From the IMG/VR virus record IMGVR_UViG_3300012016_000001, positions 130,530-194,529 of that record: 64,000 bases of DNA; one strand, written 5' to 3'. The DNA comes from a virus. Its lineage: Duplodnaviria > Heunggongvirae > Uroviricota > Caudoviricetes. Made by a program: the position numbers and the translations under genes. Under the pieces are notes generated by a model. It saw nothing but the letters and a program-made list of their open reading frames with translations, ran no database searches and had not been told where the DNA came from. Below are positions 59,190 to 64,000 of the stretch, piece by piece; within the stretch, counting starts at the first letter, position 1; each line of letters opens with the position of its first letter.

Positions 59190-60509
59190 ATGGGAAAAAT
59201 AATCTCTAATTTACATAAAAAATATTACTATTTTAAAGATGTAAACGCAAAGTTTGATGCCACTCCAGGAACTTCAATAGGAGCAAGTAGTAACATTACT
59301 AATAATAATTAGCTATAGGTTGGACCATATGACATAAATGGTAACGCTTATAAATACACTAATACTAATGCGCATAAACTAATGTTAGATTCTGATGTAA
59401 CTAAAAAGGATTTTGTTATATCTATAGGAATACCATCTTATGCTGAAGGTTATGATGCGAATTATTGTATAAGCTCAACAGGAATGGACCCTTCTTAGAC
59501 TAGATCTAAATTAAAAGATTATCGTGTTACATAGAGTCATCACAGTGATGAATAGACTGGATGGGGAGGAACTATTGAAAATAAAGGAGCTCCATTTATA
59601 ATTAAAGGAAATCCTAATACTCAAGTATTTCCATATTTAAACTAGTATTGTCTAGGTAGTACAGATTATAATGGAAATGGGAATAATTGGTATTATTGGA
59701 ATGGAAGTTCTTTTGCTAATACAAGCTGGATTAATATACCTTACTATTACTCGGGAGGGCATGGATCTGGTATAGAAACTCCTGGTAGAGAATTACATGT
59801 AATGGGTTGGAAACTTTATGTTATCAACTATTCTGAGGATATGATAGATTATTATGATTATGTTGCAAGCGAAAGTATTAATAGTTTTAGAGCAACTCTT
59901 GATTAGTATGAGTATGAAACTTATGGTAGTGGATTTATAAAAAACTGGGTTGATAATGACCCCATAGAAGACATTTTAGAAGTTAGTGATTTAATTCCTT
60001 ATAACTAGGTTTGGCTGAAAACAATGGGTACTGATAATGTTGGTAGTATATATAATTAGGCTTTAACTACTATAGGCCCATATTTGTCTGGAAAGACTTT
60101 GTTAGGTTTAGAGTTAGCAGTAGTTGATAAGACAATTGGTACAAGTATTGTTGTTCCATTTGATCAAGGAAATGTTACACCAGTTATTCCTAGTAATAGT
60201 GTGAATGGGTATTAGTCAATATCTACTAATCCATATGAAGTGGATTATTCTCCTATATATATAGCTCCAGAAGTATTAACTAATCCATCTTATTATTATT
60301 ATTATGGAAAGAGTTGGCAAGAATATTATGGTATGACAAGTGCAGGAGTTCCTGAGTATGGAAATGTTAACATGTATGGTTTATTCTATTTAATACCTAT
60401 ATGTCATTACCGTCTAAATGTAGGAAAAGATATACATAACTTAGCTTATTCAACTAATAGTCTTTGTATTACAATGCACAAGATGGGACCAGCAGCAACA
60501 TGGTTTTAA
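59190..60509 (+). CDS. Hypothetical Tyr/Asn/Gly-rich protein (~439 aa; TAG=Gln)
   Basis: ATG at 59190, in frame with 60240-60509; several in-frame TAGs (e.g. NNN-Q-L-Q-VG). Confidence 0.65.
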
Positions 60510-60518
60510 TAGATAAAT

Positions 60519-60601
60519 GCGCTTATGGCGGAACGGTAGACGCCCTAGACTTAGGATCTAGTGCCCGCAAGGGCGTGAGAGTTCGAATCTCTCTAAGCGC
60601 A
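60519..60601 (+). tRNA. trnL: tRNA-Leu(UAG)
   Basis: GCGCTTA...CTAGA-CTTAGGA-TCTAG, variable arm GCCCGCAAGGGC, GAGAG-TTCGAAT-CTCTC, TAAGCGC A. Confidence 0.93.
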
Positions 60602-60607
60602 CAAGTT

Positions 60608-62080
60608 ATGAAGAAATGTGTTTATATAGTAATTGCGGGTAAATATGATTACCCTTTTGCTCATTCTATAAGAAGACCTGATTTTGATTATATATGCTTT
60701 ACTGATGATGAAACTATATAGAGTGATTTTTGGGAAATAAGACCAATACCAGAAGAGCTCAAAGATTTATCTCCAGTTAGATAGAATAGAGCAATTAAAA
60801 TAAGACCACATTTATACCTTCCAGATTATGAATACTCTATTTATATAGATGCTAATTATGATTTAGTTACTTATCCTCCTTATTTAAATACTATTCTATG
60901 TGTAAACGGACACGAGAAAAGAAAATGTTTATATAAGGAAGCAGAAGTATGTATAGTAAAAGGTAAAGATGACCCAGAGATTATAAATAGATAGATTGAA
61001 TTCTATAGAAAATGTGGAGTACCGTAGAATTACGGGTTATGGCATTGTCATTATATAGCTAGACATCATAATAATCTTACTTGTATAGCTATGATGGAAG
61101 ATTGGTGGGAACAAGTAGAAACTTACTCTTTTAGAGATTAGATATCTTTTCCATATATAATGTGGAAATATAAATATTCTCCAGGAATAATAAACTATAG
61201 TTATTAGTTTAATCCTCATTGTAATTATGGAAGAGAAAGAACTTATATTCAGCCAAGAACCTATAATGCTGAAATTAATCCACGTGTTGCAGTTTGTTGT
61301 GTAGAAAAACTTGAAAATCAGTATATAAGGGAATTTGTAAATCATTATCGTTCTCTAGGTTTTGGACATATATTTATGTATGATACAAATAGTCCAGAAT
61401 AGGATGATGTGTTCGAAATAATAGGTGACTACATAGCTAATGGATATGTTACACTTATTAAATGGTCAGGCAAACCTATGTTAGAAGTAAGAAAAGCCTT
61501 TCAAGACTGTTATACTGAAAGGTTAAAGGATTATGATTGGTGTTTATTTGTTGACCCAGATGAGTTCTTAGAATTATATAAAGACGATAACATTACTTCC
61601 TATTTAAATAGGTTATCTGATTATGACATCATTCGTATAAATTGGAAGACTATGGATGACAATGATTTAATAGAGAATAGTGGTTTACCTCTTAAATAGC
61701 GTTTTACTAGAACTGCTAATCATGAATCCGATAGAAGCTACAAGTCTTTATTACGTACTAATCTATCTAATATTGATTTTGTTCGTTTTGGTAGTGCGCA
61801 TGGACCTTATTCAAAAGAGCATCTAATATGTGATAATACAGGAAAAAGAATAACTAAATATATAAATAGGCCTTTCACTCCAGAATGTAATTGGGATGAT
61901 GCTGCATTATTACATTATAGGTGTAAAACGATGGAAGAATATATAAAGAATAAGATTCCTAAATTATAGGGATATAATTTCTTGAACTTCAATATGAGGT
62001 TTTTCTTCCAATACAATATTCCTACTGAAAAGAAAATAAAAGCTTATAAACAACTTGAAACCGAAAATGAAAGATTTTGA
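60608..62080 (+). CDS. Fused glycosyltransferase: DUF616-like domain plus GT2/GT92-like domain (~490 aa; TAG=Gln)
   Basis: DYICFTDD, IKIRPHLYLPDYEYSIYIDAN, SFRD-Q(TAG)-ISFPY; then YIREFVNHYRSLGFGHIFMYD...WCLFVDPDEFL. Confidence 0.85.
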
Positions 62081-62876
62081 AGAACAATGGGATGGTTCTG
62101 TCCGTTTAGCACAGGGCGCCCCTCAAACAGTTAATTTAATGGATTATGTGAGAGATCCTCTTGAAAGAAATACGGTTGCCACTCTCATTAGATTGTTTGA
62201 CATTATTCCAGAAATGGAACTAACTCTTCTAAATGAAGTTAAAGACCGCTTAGAGAATGGAGGATTCTATGTTCAAAAAATGAAAAAAGATTATCCTAAG
62301 ATAGTTGATTTTCTAACACCTTCTTCTAGACAAAACGCAAAGCGGTACAATGATGACCAAGCAAAACATAACTGTAAAACTGTTCTCGGAGAATTAGATA
62401 TTCAAAATAGAATATTTGATGACTTATCTAGGGACATTAATACATTATGCCCTCCATCTAATGCTAAACCTTTTACTAAGGCAATGGCTAAGGCTAAACG
62501 TAAAGCTTGGCTATTACGGTTTGTTTCTATGCTGGCAATCTATGAAGGAATTTCTTCTGTACAATCTTTAGAAGATTTTAAGAGAGAAATTATGGATAGA
62601 TGTAAGCCAATTGGTCAATTAGAAGTAGGTGACCAATTCATGTTTGCTAATGTTGAACATCAAATGGATATGGGAGGACAAATGTTTACGTATGTAGGTC
62701 TAGCAGAGGAACCAATTGCTGAAGACCCAAAAAACACGAACGTTATTGCCCATTATAGAAAAATATCTGATTCTATGGCTATAGTCTATATTGAACGAAA
62801 TCCATTTAGACCTGTAATTCCTTTGCCAAAAACTTGTGCAAAAGGAACTTATAAGGCTTCTAACCCGGAGGAATGA
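62067..62876 (+). CDS. Hypothetical protein
   Basis: ~270-aa uninterrupted ORF, standard code. Confidence 0.7.
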   Translation: MKDFEEQWDGSVRLAQGAPQTVNLMDYVRDPLERNTVATLIRLFDIIPEMELTLLNEVKDRLENGGFYVQKMKKDYPKIVDFLTPSSRQNAKRYNDDQAKHNCKTVLGELDIQNRIFDDLSRDINTLCPPSNAKPFTKAMAKAKRKAWLLRFVSMLAIYEGISSVQSLEDFKREIMDRCKPIGQLEVGDQFMFANVEHQMDMGGQMFTYVGLAEEPIAEDPKNTNVIAHYRKISDSMAIVYIERNPFRPVIPLPKTCAKGTYKASNPEE

Positions 62877-62925
62877 GGAGTGCTTCGGCACTCTTCATTT
62901 TAAGGTTCGACTCCTTATTTAGGAA
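62858..62925 (+). ncRNA. tRNA-like element (acceptor stem, one long hairpin, T arm)
   Basis: TTCTAAC/TTTAGGA acceptor-like stem (6/7); GAATGAGGAGTGC-TTCG-GCACTCTTCATTT hairpin; TAAGG-TTCGACT-CCTTA T arm. Confidence 0.45.
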
Positions 62926-62942
62926 CTAAAACAACTCTTAAT

Positions 62943-64000
62943 ATGAAAAAAGTTACAAGTTTATTTTCGCAGAAGGACACTAGGGATGTCCTCGACAAAG
63001 ATGCTAATATCTTTGAAAAAGAGAGATTTGCACGTGAGCATAGTACTCTCTCTGAAAATGGTAGTTATAAATATACTACTAGCGGTAATCCATTTTTAGA
63101 TGATTTTGCTAAGTTATCCCTCTATAAATCACCAAGAGATGTGGATAATATCTTTGCAACAATGGATGCGTTATGGGCACATGACCCTCTTCGTACATTG
63201 CAGATGACTGTATTTCTAAGATTGATTACTCGCAAGACTGTTTTGTTCTCTGGGGAGAAACTATCTACTCAAAGAGGACAAGGACTAAGGCATGAATTCT
63301 TAGGTAGAATATTATGGTTAGCTTACATGCAACCTAAGACATTTGAGAAGAATCTCGAGTATTTTGTAGTTGCAGGTAGCTGGAAAGATGTATTTGACCT
63401 TATGCGTTATGACTTAGCGTATAATGGAAAACAGCATCCTATGCTCAACTGGCCATATATGCTATCCTTTATAAAGGCAGGGCTTGTTGACGATAGTCAG
63501 ACTAATTTAGTCAAGAAGTATCTACCTCAGATTAAATGTGCTAGCCAATGTAAAACTTTACAGCAACAAGCCAATTCTGTAATAGGAAGACGTATTGCTC
63601 GTGAACTATTTGGAAATCCATCTAATGATAAAGAAAAAACTTACATTTATAGGCAATATCGTAGGCTTAAAGCATCTGGTACGGCTCACGATTGGCAAAA
63701 GAAAATTGCTCAAGGAGATTTTCTCAATATTAATTGGAATACCGTTGCAGGAAGAGCTTTACAGAAATTAGTGAATTCTAAGTTCTTGGAGAATCACAAC
63801 TTAGAAGAAATATTCTCAATGTGGATGCTTAACCAAGATACTGTAAAGTTCACTGGATATGCTTATGAACTATTTAAAGATGGAGGTAGCTATGGAAAGC
63901 CAGATGTTAAAAGTTTGTATCCAAAAACTTATCAAAGAGAATTGGTTAATAAACAATTTAATCAACTCATTGATGTAGCTAAACAGGATATGAATCGTTA
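62943..64000 (+). CDS. DUF2828/TROVE-like protein, N-terminal part (runs off the right edge)
   Basis: Open from ATG 62943 to the edge: TLSENGSYKYTTSGNPFLDDF...LWAHDPLRTLQMTVFLRLITR...RGQGLRHEF...AGSWKDVF...LVKKYLP. Confidence 0.65.
   Translation, partial: MKKVTSLFSQKDTRDVLDKDANIFEKERFAREHSTLSENGSYKYTTSGNPFLDDFAKLSLYKSPRDVDNIFATMDALWAHDPLRTLQMTVFLRLITRKTVLFSGEKLSTQRGQGLRHEFLGRILWLAYMQPKTFEKNLEYFVVAGSWKDVFDLMRYDLAYNGKQHPMLNWPYMLSFIKAGLVDDSQTNLVKKYLPQIKCASQCKTLQQQANSVIGRRIARELFGNPSNDKEKTYIYRQYRRLKASGTAHDWQKKIAQGDFLNINWNTVAGRALQKLVNSKFLENHNLEEIFSMWMLNQDTVKFTGYAYELFKDGGSYGKPDVKSLYPKTYQRELVNKQFNQLIDVAKQDMNR

Noticed and set aside
60519-60601. tRNA with 'TAG' in the loop as a third amber suppressor
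   Set aside because: Anticodon UAG decodes Leu CUA/CUG codons. A suppressor needs anticodon CUA.
60464-60721. 85-aa plus-strand ORF in the track
   Set aside because: Its first half is the tRNA-Leu(UAG) gene. The real CDS starts at ATG 60608 and reads through the TAG at 60719-60721.

Overview
This window is about 64 kb of an AT-rich dsDNA bacteriophage genome, most likely a large crAss-like phage infecting Bacteroidota (inferred from gene content, not from a database search). The supplied ORF track is fragmented because the phage reads TAG as glutamine (code 15) in most late genes. Reading TAG through joins the fragments into long single-frame genes, and TAG occupies conserved Gln positions (RT motif GNYLS-Q-FFAN; DUF616 motif RD-Q-ISF). 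Layout: (1) 1-38.5 kb, minus strand: recoded virion block with tail fibres, a lamin-tail/metallophosphoesterase protein, a compact diversity-generating retroelement (DGR: VR, TR, RT), portal, terminase, a GroES-like protein, a nuclease and a holin. (2) 38.6-46.3 kb, plus strand: recoded block with an M15 peptidase, a 1307-aa zincin-motif protein, an HNH protein and a GH108 lysozyme. (3) An amber-suppressor tRNA and a strand/composition switch near 47.2 kb. (4) 47.3-64 kb, plus strand, mostly standard-code early/accessory block: a ~1 kb structured non-coding region holding a second amber suppressor tRNA, two tRNA-like mini-elements, a TerD/TerD/TerB-like/P-type ATPase cluster, a tRNA-Leu(UAA) split by an HNH-carrying group I intron, tRNA-Leu(UAG), a recoded glycosyltransferase island and a DUF2828/TROVE-like gene. 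Gene boundaries were read by hand, and product names come from motif recognition only.
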